Shown piece after piece: positions 50,169 to 62,451 of a stretch of 64,000 nucleotides of DNA; positions within the stretch are counted from its first letter, which is position 1, and every line of letters begins with the position of its first letter. The notes beneath the pieces are model-generated. The model was given only the letters and a program-made list of their open reading frames with translations, was not told where the DNA came from and made no database searches. This DNA is from Octopus vulgaris (Eukaryota): assembly GCA_951406725.2 (NCBI GenBank), contig OX597817.1, positions 101,308,001 to 101,372,000 of the forward strand. The letters are read 5' to 3'. The translations under genes were made by a program, and so were the position numbers.

Positions 50169-50194
50169 CACATATGTATATTATTTTAAAATTT

Positions 50195-50390
50195 TTTTAT
50201 TTGTTTCAGTTATTTGACTGCGGCCATGCTGGAGCACCGCCTTTAGTCGAGCAAATCGACCCACAACTTATTCTTTGTAAGCCTAGTACTTTTTCTGTCG
50301 ATCACTTTGCCGAACCGCTAAGTTACGGGGACGTAAACACACCAGCATTGGTTGTCAAGCGATGGTGAGGAGACAAACACAGACACGCAA
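50195..50390 (-). mobile_element. SINE 3' half (family of 18821-19164)
   Basis: TTGTTTCAGTTATTTGACTGCGGCCATGCTGGAGCACC...AAGTTACGGGGACGTAAACAC. Confidence 0.75.
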
Positions 50391-51438
50391 ACAACATACA
50401 CACACACACACACATATACACACACATATACACACATAAGTGCACACGTGCACGCACGCATTCACATAAACACACGCGCACACGCGCACACACACCTATA
50501 TGGTCTAGCTTAAATAATTGCTAAATCAGCAACCTATAATAAATTCTTTTAGATTTTTTATACATAAACTTTCCTAGTCTCAAGAAATTTCGTTAATGCT
50601 CAATCCATCACGGGGTGACTCCATGTGCTACAATATCGATTCCTTTTATTGTTATAATTCAAAGTCGTGTGTTTTACTATTGTCTCCATCAGAGAATTTC
50701 ATTATCAGTGAAGTTTAAAAACCAACAGCAACGAATATCTAAGGTGAAATACTTATGATGTGATGAGTCAATTTGTTGCACACTCTTCTCATTATTGTAG
50801 AGCGATTTAACGTCTGCCAAGCAGATTGCTGTTGGATATTGGATCCTTCTACACTAATTACAATTTAGTTTACAACGGATTATAAGTGAAATAACAAGAT
50901 AAATTGACATTATCTTCTCCTGACAGATTTACAAGCAGCTTTTACAACTCTAGTACAACTGAGCACCTCTCGAACGTTTACCTTCGGTTCATGAAACTCG
51001 ATGATCCAAATCTACTGTGCTTAAAACTAGTCAAATGTTAGGCTAAGCGAAGCATTTTTGTACCGCCTGATCAAGTATATTCACGGTTAAGGACTTTGTA
51101 GAGGTATAGTTACTTATAAAGATATATGCAAGGTTATCAACAGTTACATTACAATAACCACTTCCCACCAAAATATGTTGCACTAAACATCAAATTTCAA
51201 AACATGTGGGTAGGATCTCTAAAGAACGCTGTCATTTCACTCAACTGAAAAAGTGTAACCTTCCAGAGAACAAGAGGAAGTGTAAGTTAACTATGATTAA
51301 CAACTTGGTGGAAACTCGCACCCCAACCCCAAATATGAACTGTTAAATTGAGAATTGATGTTTACTTGATCTATTCTAGAAAACAACATCAATAGCAAAA
51401 TCTCTCTCTCTCTCTCTCTCTCTTTCTCTATCTCTATA

Positions 51439-51470
<32 letters not shown>

Positions 51471-51479
51471 TGTGGAGAA

Positions 51480-52330
51480 CAGGCTCCTATTCTTCTTATT
51501 AAACATAACGAATCTTTTCAGGAGTTCATTAGGAGAGTAGGAGCAATGTTGATGGCCTTTGCAAGTTTTCCCAGATTAGAACTATTTCTAAAAACTATTG
51601 CACAAAGGCACCTTTTGTTTCTTCTAGTGATAGCCTTTGAAGCACTGTGGTGAGGAGTAAAATCTTTCCCATTTGACTTCCTCCATATATTATAGGAGGT
51701 GTTTTTTGCATGTTTTGTTGCAACATAGTTATAACCACCCACTTGGTGTATGGGAATCATGACTTTTGGTTTTATGAAGGGCTTGACTAAGTGGCTGGTC
51801 TCGGTGACTCAGCTATCTCAAATACATTTACTGTCAAAACCAATCGATATAGAACAGTCCATACTGTATTCAGATCACTTACCTGACATGAAGTTCCAGA
51901 GTGTTTGTAACAAAAGATGTGTTAGAATGTTGTGAGATGTGTTACCTTCACTGGGCAATGATCGGATGATAGAGGTGAGAAATGTCAAGACTGAGTTTGG
52001 AAAAACAGATCAAACGCTCTTGGACGGTCGGAGTGTCAGTTAATGTTACGGAGAGAAAATTTATATCTACTGCAGACAGTTCAGAATAGCAACTAATTTG
52101 GCTCCTGTTACAACAGCAGGTTTTTGCGTAAGTACAGTGAGAGACCGCATATAATGAAGTCAATTTGGATGGTGGTTTTAGAGAGACAATGCTTAATAGA
52201 AACCTTTATTAGAGGTAACTGTTTCGTGATGATTGGAGTAGTCTTGGCAGCGGTACCTGTAAATGACTTTTGAGAAATAGGGGAGAAATAAATGGAATGA
52301 GAGTATCTGGATATCGTTGCTGGAATCCAA
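51480..52330 (-). mobile_element. Very old APE-type (CR1/Jockey-like) LINE remnant
   Basis: Broken minus-strand fragments loosely resembling the APE-to-RT linker. No catalytic motif was confidently seen. Confidence 0.3.
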
Positions 52331-52347
52331 GTCAGAGATGTGGATTG

Positions 52348-52385
<38 letters not shown>

Positions 52386-53634
52386 CAGAAATACAGAGAG
52401 GCAGAGATAGAGATAGAAAGAGTGCATATGTATGAGTGTTCTACATATGCAGAGGTATCTGTTTTCTCAGTATTACTGGACAACAGTGATGGGTTATAGA
52501 GTGTAAGGAATTTGTGTCCCAGATATGATTAGGATGCATGGTTTGCATGTTAGCAAGAGGAGATAAAACTGAAATGCACTATTACTAGCCTAAAAAAGAA
52601 AGAATTGTCTAACGGTTTTATTTTGTATAATCTTCCTATAGCTTAGTGACTGTATTTACCGGTGTCATTAATCATGCGCTAAAAGAGAAGTTTCCACCTC
52701 TCAAGAGAAACCATCTGAGATGCTACTCACAAGCTGTGCGATGTCTGTTTTATCTGGCGGAAACCTTCCCATAGAAAGACTTTACGGCTTGTACCCTATG
52801 ATAAACAGTAACACTACGCAAAAGAAAGTGCAGTTGATACTACTTCATGGAGGGTTAACTAAGTGCAAACAATTGTTTTTACTAGGAAAAAGAATTTCAC
52901 CAAAAAGTTCAACTACATTTTGAGAATTAGCTATGAAAATGAGTTGCCAATGTGGGTGTTACCAGTGAAATTATATATTTCCTTTTTAAGACTTTCGCTG
53001 AGGCTTAGGGTATTTTATGATAGGCTTAGTCACAGTTTAAAAGCCACAAGCCTAAAATATTACATAGTACACAGGTCTCTCTTGGATGAATATCCTAAGA
53101 CAAATCAATATAGCCGGGAAGAAAGTTCTTAAGGCCGTCACAGTTGATGATGGTGAGATTGATAAAATACGTTGCTAACTATAGCGTTATACTGCAACTA
53201 CCATCACATTAAGAAAGATTATGTTTAGGGTCCACTCCTCTATACCTAAAGTAAAAAAACTTTGATGCCTGATACAAAAATGCAAAAGTCAGGAGTTGCT
53301 GCACTTTATTTTATTTATCAGAATAAAACATTTATTTGAGAAATTGCAATGGATTACGTCTGGATTAAGAGCAGTCTATTTATTTTCTATTAATCTTTTA
53401 CACAGTGCTTCAGATTCATAAGAACGGGGAAATGACATTTTATAACACTTGACTTCTAGGGTCATTAAAGATATGAGAACATAAATTGCTTCCGCTGGAA
53501 TGGCTTTTGCCACTGTTTATATGTTCGCCGCGAATCGTTTCGTTGCGAGGAAATTTAAGCAGCGCCCTATACGATATATGTTTTGTGTGCTATTATGCAT
53601 GTACGAGTGGACAGAAACAAGCATGTGTATGTGT

Positions 53635-53671
<37 letters not shown>

Positions 53672-55039
53672 TGTGCGCGTGCGTGCGTGATTAAGTGTGT
53701 ATGTACGTGTGTATGTGTCTCTGTGCGTGTGCGCGCGCGCGTGTGTATAGATGTCGCTTGCCTGCGTATATCACACATACGTGGAAACTCGAAGGTAAAA
53801 AATAAAAAACGATTTTTTCAGAACATTGTAGCTTAAAGATAGAACCCAATATCATAGAAAGTAATGTGGCTGAAATTATACAAAAGCATATTTTAAAACA
53901 TTTTATAACTTTAGATTGAAAAGCTAATATTGCTGCAGTAAACAAGTAGAAAGCATATTGATACTTGCTACATTCTCTTTTCTAGCAACCAAATGAAACC
54001 AAACTAGTAACATTCGTATTTTATCGACCTTAAGAGAACGAAAGGAAATATCGATAATAAACGGATTTGAAGTTTGATCAATAAAGCACTAGATTAGAAA
54101 CGGCAAATTATATATCGTGTTCTCCATTATATCTTTCTGCTTTAATTGTCAATTCAGAATTAGTTACGCTAATAATATACAGATAATAGTCTATATCATG
54201 TACTTAGAAGTTGGAAGAAGTTAAGCTATACTGTTTAGCAAGTGCGTGTTGGACAGGAAGTGGATAAAAGTTACCAAAAATAAAATGTATGTTGGAAAAT
54301 GCAGTATAAAACAAGTCAGGAAAATGCTGATGAATTTTGCTAAAAATACATATATTGGTAAAGGCAAAAAAATATCTGAAAGTGATTCACCGACACCTTC
54401 ATCAATAAAGCATACAAGCAGAGAACTAAATACAATAATTCAAGACGCTAAGATAATTAACTTCAGTAATTCAAAGTGTGTTGGTTACTCAATGTTGGAT
54501 TAAAACTGCGGCAGATGATATACTCATGGTTCTTTCTGCAGTATATTACTTCTTTTGAAAATTGTTCAAAAGTTCAGGTTCAATTTTATTTTTCTTAATT
54601 CTTGATGTTCTTTCAGTTCACATGCCACTTTGAAATAGACATGCTTGTCACAAGACTTACTTGTCACACTTATAACCTTAATTCAATAATATTTCTGGCA
54701 ACGGAAGGTCAAAACCTAGAACATCATATTTAAACAGTAAAGCATTAAATACAATACTTTCACAATACACAGACCGTCTTTAAAAAAGGTGAAACAAGTC
54801 TAGAGTAGAATCCTTTGAAAATAGATGAGAGAAAAAGAACACAGAAAGCAAGATTACTATTTTTCGATTCGTACTGTTTGCTAATTTCTCATACATTTCT
54901 TTCATGTTCTAAACCTTAAATATATTCTCTCCATATAAACATTTACAAATTTACACAACTACACACATATATACAGGCATTCCCTGCGCTACGGTCACTT
55001 CAAATTATGTGATTTCACTCTCACGAAAATTGTAAAGTA

Positions 55040-55522
55040 CCTGGTCTGATCAATAAATATCCGGACTGTTGCCGTAGTAACGAAGCTAAAGCACACACAG
55101 TAAAACCACTTCAACTATCTTGTGCACGCGCACTAATTTTTAACATTCTAGCTTACTTCCGCTGTTTATAGCAGTGATTGGAAGTAACGTGTGTATCGTA
55201 TGATCGTCGCATTGACCATGACTAAGAAATTTGAGCAGTATCAAATACCTGCTCAGAGGCCTACGCAAAGTTTTCACAAAGAATTTATCGTTCTCGACAC
55301 ACTCAAGGAGATCTTGTGCAACTGAAGCCCAAGTGTCTTTTTGGTCAGCTGAAAGTAGTTTTCGCAAAGACTTGGCAGACACGCGTCTCATACTCAAATC
55401 TTGTGATAATGAACTGAAATGAACCGTAACTAATTTGTACATCTCTGATAACGCACGGATGGTGGTTCGACGATTTCCCCTCGCTGCTGCACGCACATCT
55501 CCGATGATTTTCTCGGTTCTGC
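55040..55522. mobile_element. Rearranged mariner fragment: left TIR and ATG on +, internal transposase piece on -
   Basis: TA-CCTGGTCTGATCAATAAATATCCGGACT, ATG at 55218 (MTKKFEQ). Minus strand reads NRRTTIRAL..DLSMRRVSAK..KLLSADQK. Confidence 0.65.
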
Positions 55523-58500
55523 CTATTTTTTGAGCACCTTCCGGAGTATTCGATCAGTTCCAAGCAGCGCTGTTTTCTGCGAGTGCTCCACCCTCATTGC
55601 AGCCCCTATTTGTTCCATGTACTTCTCTAGATTTAGATTTTTGTTCACTGTTCCCAGAGCTCCGAGAATTATTGGTACTACTGCTAACTTTTTCATCGAC
55701 CACAACTGCTTAACTTCCCACGCTGACCTGTCATAACTCTCGACTTTTCTTTCTTCCTTATCGCATACCTTGTTGTCAGCTGGGCATGCTATATATATGA
55801 TCCAGCATTGTTTTGTTTTCTTTCTCAATTAAGACTATGACCAGCTTCGTATTCTCTATCTTATGGTCGCACTGAATCATAAAATCCCATAGGATCTTTG
55901 CATTTTTATTTTCGACGATGCCTTCAGTTTTGTGGTCATACCAGTTTTTTTGCTCTCTCAAGTCCATACTTGTTGTAAAGTGTCCAATTGACAAGCCTGG
56001 CTATATTGTCGTGGCGTCTCTTATATTCCTTCTGGGCTAGTGGCGTACATTGGTTGGTAATATGCCATTCGGTTTCACCGTTTTGTCCACAGATTCTGCA
56101 TTTATCACTTTATGATGTATTGTCTATTCTGTGTTTCATGCAGTTTGTTCTTAGTGCTTGCTCTTGGGCAGCACAGATTAGGGCATCCGTTTCCGGTTTT
56201 AAATCACTTTTAGTCATCCGCAGCCATTTTTTAATTATCTTCAACATCCCTATAAAATTGACCATGCATTCTTTTCTTTACCCACCTATTTTCAGTTTCA
56301 TTCGGTTTCAATTTCTTGTATAGTGCTTTATCTTTGCAATCTTTCATCCTACACAAGCCTGACCTTACTTATAATAATAGCAGTTCTGTGGCATTTTTAC
56401 ATACCATGCTATGATATTTTCTTCTGCTCTAATGCTGTGTTCGCATCCAATAAGTACTCTTCCACCTCTTTTTCGTGGTTCACACAGTTTGTCTAAGTCA
56501 CTTTTTGGGTGGAGTGACCCATATCTAGTTAGCAACTTCCTTGTCTTTCTGTCTAAGCTGTTTAGTTTGTCTACTCTCCATGCGGTTACCGCTGCTCCAT
56601 ATCTAAGGAGTGGAACTACCCAGGTGTTGAAAGCTTCGATCTATTCCGTTCGGTTAATCCATCAAGTTATCCATTTCCAATATCTCCAAGTACTTATAGC
56701 TCGTCTCTTTTATCTGTTTCATAACTTCCCTCGACAGTATCGTTAGCTCGTCCATACATTTGATTTTGCTTCTCTTCAAGACTAACACACTACACTTTCT
56801 CAGTCCGAACACCATTCTGATGTAAGCACTGAGGTTATACACGGTATCAACGTGTGAACTGACTTGGACTACATCTTTACCATAAAGTCTGAGGTCATCC
56901 ATGAATTACAAATGGCTAACTTTTTGTTGGCGGCTTTTGAATACATACCCAGCTTTTACTTTCCTCAGAATCAGTGTTGGTGCTATCAAGCACAGTACAA
57001 AGATCCGTGGGAAAGGCAGTCTCCTTGGAAGATGCCCCTCCTAATCTCTACATTCCCTAAACTTCTTCCGTATGCTGTCAGGTCCGTCCTCCAATCCGCC
57101 AAACTGTTTTCCAAGCAATCGCTCAACATTCGATGCAATACCAAATAGGTTCATACACTCCATAATCCAAGAATGTGGGATCATAGCGTACGCCTTACAT
57201 GGCTAAGTTACTTTTCCTGCTCTTGCAGTCTCTAAGTACAGTTTTTCTATCAGGAGTTGATCATTGATACCTCTTCCCTTACTGCTCATGCAGCAGTACT
57301 CCATTTTTTTCAGATGTTTGTACATTGACTCTGCGAGTATTCCAACCAATAACTTCCACATAAATGACATACAGGATATCGGCTTGTATTTGTCTACCGT
57401 ATTGCCTTTTTAAATTTTTTTTAGGCACAGCCTTGTCCTACCCAATGTCACTCTGGTCTTATTTGGTCGGCATTTAACAAGGTATTGAGGTGCGCAGCTA
57501 CTCGTCCATGACATTCACCAAATCTTTTGATCCAGTAGCCTTGAACTCCATCTGGTCCCGGGGCCTTCCAGTTGCTCATCCTTTTGCTGTTTTCCTTCAC
57601 TTCCCTAACTGAAATGACTAGTTCTGCCTGTTTTGGACAGACTGCTGTTTGTTTCAGTTCTTGCAACCATTCAGCATCCTTCTTTTGCTCCTTGTCTTTG
57701 CTCCAGATGTAACTCCAAAATCTTTGACTTTCAATGTTATCTGGTATCAGATTTTCATCTGTACACTCCATTTATTTCTTTATAGAATCTCTTCTGATCT
57801 ACACTGAATAACCTATTCTGGTGGTAACCCTTCATTCTTTGGTCGTATCTTACCATCTTTGCTTTGTTTCCAACTAGACGTTGTTTCAGTTCCTCCATTA
57901 CTACTTTCGGCCTCTTTATTTCAATATTATACTTCCTTTTCAGCGCCCTGTATTTTTGTTCGCTTTTAAGATCCCCTTTCTCTTTTCGGTCTAGCACAGA
58001 GATTTCCTTCGAGAGCATATCTAACCCTGCCTGGATTTTTCTTTTCCACCATGGACCTTTTCTTTTGTTACTCCCATTATGTTTCTTTTTCTTGACATCA
58101 ACACCCACGTTTTCTGCTACAAAAATGATTGCTGCCTTGATCAAATTATTTGTTTCTGTGATGTTGTTTGTTCTGATGTATTTCAGCATTTCATTGACAT
58201 TTTTCGTTTCTTGGTTCAATTTCCATCGATCAACATTTTAAAGGTTGCAAATAATGCCGCTATATTTCTCCTGTAGTCTTAACCTTATTCTGTCGTAGAT
58301 TGCTTTTGTTCGTCTGTCACGTCTCCATTAGTTTTATTGTCTTCTTTTAGATCATCTATATGTCTCTCATCAAGTAAACTACCACTGCTCCTTTCCTGTG
58401 CTATGAGATTACTCTTATTATTAAGAACTGTATTTTCATTGTTATCTCTGCTGCTGTTTTCCATGACCCGTCTTTCGATAGCTTCGAGCTCTACTTTTAT

Positions 58501-58945
58501 GAACCAGCAATTGTTTCTTATTGCTCTAGCTTGATCACATAGTCTCTGTTCTGAGAGTTGAAACAATGCCTTTTCTCTCCAATGCTCATACATACGTTGT
58601 CGGTAACCCTTAATTTGAGCACAATTTTCATCTACCGGGCTGCTCAGGTAGTAACACTCCATGACCACAGCATTGATTTGCTTGCTCCATCTTCGCCGTG
58701 TGTGGTGGTCCCTTTATGGATATCGACAAGCTGGAGCCGGACAAGAATCTCTGAGCCTACGGGTGTAACACTGTCACCATTATTTGCTTCAGTTTCATTA
58801 CCACCGTTATTCACACTATTTTGTTTTTTCACTGTCACTCATGTGAGGTAGCGCTTATAAGGTTGCGCAATCAACAGAGTTTTTATTGTGATACCATCAC
58901 TAGATATATCATTAATCAGCCCATGAGGAGGCTCCGCCCGTTTCC
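55523..58945 (-). mobile_element. Decayed R4/Dong LINE with intact 5' end abutting (TAA)n
   Basis: MVMECYYLS..GYRQRMYEHW, PWWKRKI, NWKAPGPDGVQGYWIK, GIFQGDCLS, MDDLRLY, YKYLE, AKILWDF, VVPIILGALG, TALLGT.RILRKVL. Confidence 0.88.

Positions 58946-58955
<10 letters not shown>
58873..58955 (-). ncRNA. Candidate HDV-like ribozyme at the LINE 5' end
   Basis: P2 GGCGGA, P3 GCC, L3 TCCTCATG, P3' GGC, P1' TGATTAA, P4 GATA..TATC, then ACAAT, P2' TCTGTT. The element order matches HDV topology but pairing is imperfect. Confidence 0.45.
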
Positions 58956-59017
<62 letters not shown>

Positions 59018-59027
59018 TATTATAATT

Positions 59028-59070
<43 letters not shown>

Positions 59071-59543
59071 CTGATATCACTGATATTATTGCTTTTACGT
59101 GTAGTAGCAGCAGTGATTGCAGCAACAGCAACAGTAACAGGGTGGTAGCTGGGCCTCAGATTCCTTTGCTATCATAATAGTAGTAGTTGTAGTATTATTG
59201 TAGTATTAGAAGTATTTGGTATTAGCAGCTGCAACATATTATTATTTTTAACATTATCCCCATCACCACCACTTCCACTCTTGGAAGAAATAGTTGTATA
59301 GCAGTTTGTTGAATAGATCATATTCTACAGGTCTATAAATAGCTTCGGTAGATGGGGAGATCAGCCATAGAGACAAATGAATACATGCACCCTTTGGGTC
59401 AGCAGAGGTCAAATGTGTTTACTACTACCAGTGGCCACTGAGAGCGCTGCCTTGAAAAGAAGCAATTCAACAATGTTCTATTTGTAATTACTGGTAGAAA
59501 AATCAACAATAATACATATATATGTGTACACACATACACACAG

Positions 59544-59574
<31 letters not shown>

Positions 59575-59629
59575 CTTATATATACTGATATTCACGTTGT
59601 TGAATTTTTGAATTTCTGAATTCACTTGT

Positions 59630-60720
59630 GCTGTTGCAATAAAAGGTGTGTTTACATATTAAAGTTTTAAGATTTACTAAATGTGGTCTTTTGTATGACC
59701 GTACAGAGAGAAATGGTAGAGTTCTTAGAATAAAAAGGAGGAGGATATTTACATTTTCGAATACTCAGATAGAGAGGAAAGGTTAAGTATTCACACAGTT
59801 GTTGTAGATATTAAAGATTTATTTTAAAAAACAGCTGATCGTTTGTGTGTTCGGAAGCTGTAGGTATGTACGTTTCCTAACATATTTTACTTTGAGGGAG
59901 GTTTAAAATATTCACAGGAGATTGTAGATATTCCAGTCTTTGGGAATAGTAGTAGGAAGAGATGAATTTCTTTTTCTTTTGGAACTGCTAATTTCTTTTT
60001 GAGAGTTTTGCTGTGGTTTACAGTTTTTGTAGTTGTGCAGTATGTATATATTGGCAGGTGCTTATTTTCCTTAATTTCTTTTCGAGCATTTAATTGTGTT
60101 GTTACAATAAAAGGCATGTTTACATATTCTGTTAGTCAGGGAAGAAGGGAAGACGGGAAGACAAAATGTTCACATAAATTGGAGATATTAAAGTTTCTAA
60201 ATTTTTTTAGGTGTTCGTTTGTATGTCCGTTCAGAGAAAACTGTGGTGTTTTGTTTTTTTACAATAAAAAGGATGTCTAGATTTTCGATTATTCAGAGAA
60301 AAAGGAACGGAAAGAAAATAAAGTTAAAATTTTTTCACAGAAAATTGTAGAACTGAAGTTTTTAAAATATACTGGAGATGATCTTTTGTCGGTCCGAACA
60401 GAGAAAACTGTAGTGTTCTTGGAATAAAGAGGATGTTTACATTTTCGAATACTCAGGGGGAAAGGAAGAGATAGATATTCACAGAAGCTGTAGATATAAC
60501 GGCTGTACATCAGCATGGCCGTAGCTCTGAGCTGAAACTACAGAAAAAATATCAAAGGTTTTAAAGCTAATTGTTTATGTCTTCGAAAGCTGTAGATATG
60601 TAAGTTCTTTAACTTATTTTGAGGGAAATTCAAATTGCTCACAGGAAACTGTAGATATTCCAGTCTTTTAGAGTTATTTTTTCAGTTGTCCTGCTGGGTT
60701 TTATTAGTGATTCTGTGTCT
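59630..60720. repeat. Degenerate tandem repeat (~160-bp subunits)
   Basis: Recurrent AATAAA..GG..G..TTTACAT and TTCACA..TGTAGATATT motifs at ~59634, 59726, 60101, 60261 and 60421. 59851-59940 resembles 60582-60668. Confidence 0.6.
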
Positions 60721-60728
60721 TCACATGC

Positions 60729-60796
<68 letters not shown>

Positions 60797-60800
60797 GTTA

Positions 60801-60850
<50 letters not shown>

Positions 60851-60853
<3 letters not shown>

Positions 60854-62424
60854 TAGTTTTATTTTTATAGCGTGCTTTCACTTCACTACCGAGCGCAGCT
60901 CTGTGTGCCTTGGGTATGTGCTGTGATTTGTTGTGATGCTCTGATGGTTATTGTATGGAAAGTGTTCTGCGTAGGATGTGTGCAGTGCCTAGTAGTGCAA
61001 TTTTCTGTATGTTATATGTGTTTGTAAGTCCTGGTGTTTTTGTTATGTATTTGTCTGAATATTTTTTTATCATGCCTAATGCACCTACTATGATAGGAAT
61101 TGTTTCTGTTTTCAGATTCCAATTTCTAGTTACCTCTATTTCCAGGTCTTTGTATTTTGAGAGTTTCTCCATTTCTTTTAGAGACACGTTGTCATCAGCC
61201 GGTATTGATACATCAATTAGAAAGCATTTTTTTCTTCATGATCTCTGACAACTATATCTGGTCTGTTGGCCTTAATTTCTCTATCTGTGTGTATCGGCAT
61301 ATCCCAGAGTATGGTTGCTTTCCCGTTTTCTGTGACCTTTTCTGGTGTGTGCCTATACCATCTTTTTCTGTTGTTATTCCATAATGTTGGCATAGCTTCC
61401 AATGTATGTAGGTTCCAACTCTGTCATGTCTGTGAATATATTCCTTCTTAGCCAGGACTGGGCAGCTAGAGATAATATGATTTATTGTTTCTTGTCCATC
61501 TCCCCATATTCTGCAGTTTCTTTTCATTACATGTTTTTGGTAATTTCTGGTGGGGAGGCGTTGGTCTTGTGCTGCAATTAAAAATCCCTCTGTCTCTGCT
61601 TTGAGTCCTGAGCTTCTCAACCATTGCTGGGATTTTTCTTTGTCTATTTCTTTTGCATTTAGTTTAGTCCAGTATTTGCCATGAAGGGGCTTTTCTTGCC
61701 ATCGTTTTATCATGGTTCGTTGCTGTTCTATTTTTAGCTTGGATTTCATTTGTTTTATAGCTTTTGTTGTTTCTTCATCTTCTTCTTCTTCATATTTATT
61801 AGGTGGTATGATTTCTTGTTTGTATTTGTCAGCTTCCTTAAATACTGAGAACAGTTTTTTGTTTTGCTCGTGTTTTGCCGCTATTTGTATCAGTTTTCCT
61901 TCCTTCTGAAGTAGATATTTTTGCAGTCTTATGGTGGTTATTTTATAGTAGTTTTCCAGCTGTATAAGGCCTCTACTACCGTTGTATATATAGTCTTTCT
62001 ATGTCAGATTTTGGGTGATGCATCCTAGATCCTACCATTATTTTTCTTGTTTTCCTATCTATTTTGGTCAGTTCATTTAGTGTCCAGTTAAGGATATTGT
62101 AGCTGTAACTTATAACTGGGACAGCTAAAGTGTTAATACCTATTATCTTGTTTTTAGCATTGAGCTCTGTTTTTAGTATTGCTCTAACTCGTCTATAATA
62201 TTCTTTTTTTATTTTCTCTTTCATTTGTGTGTGTTGTGTCTTATCTAGTTCATGGATTCCTAAGTATTTGTAAGTTTGGCTTTGGTCTAATTCTTTTATT
62301 TCATTGTTTTTATCTAGTGTGATGTTGCTACTCTTAACTAGTTTTCCTCTTTTCATGGTTACTTTGGCACATTTTTCTAATCCAAATTTCATATCTATTT
62401 CTTTGGTAAATCCATGAACTGTCT
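60851..62424 (-). mobile_element. 5'-truncated R4/Dong LINE between (TAA)n tracts
   Basis: MKFGLEKCAK, YKYLG, HHPKSDIERLY, KPLHGKY, RHD, NRPDIVV, IPIIVGALG. A few frameshifts. Confidence 0.9.
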
Positions 62425-62451
62425 TTATTATTATTATTATTATTATTATTA

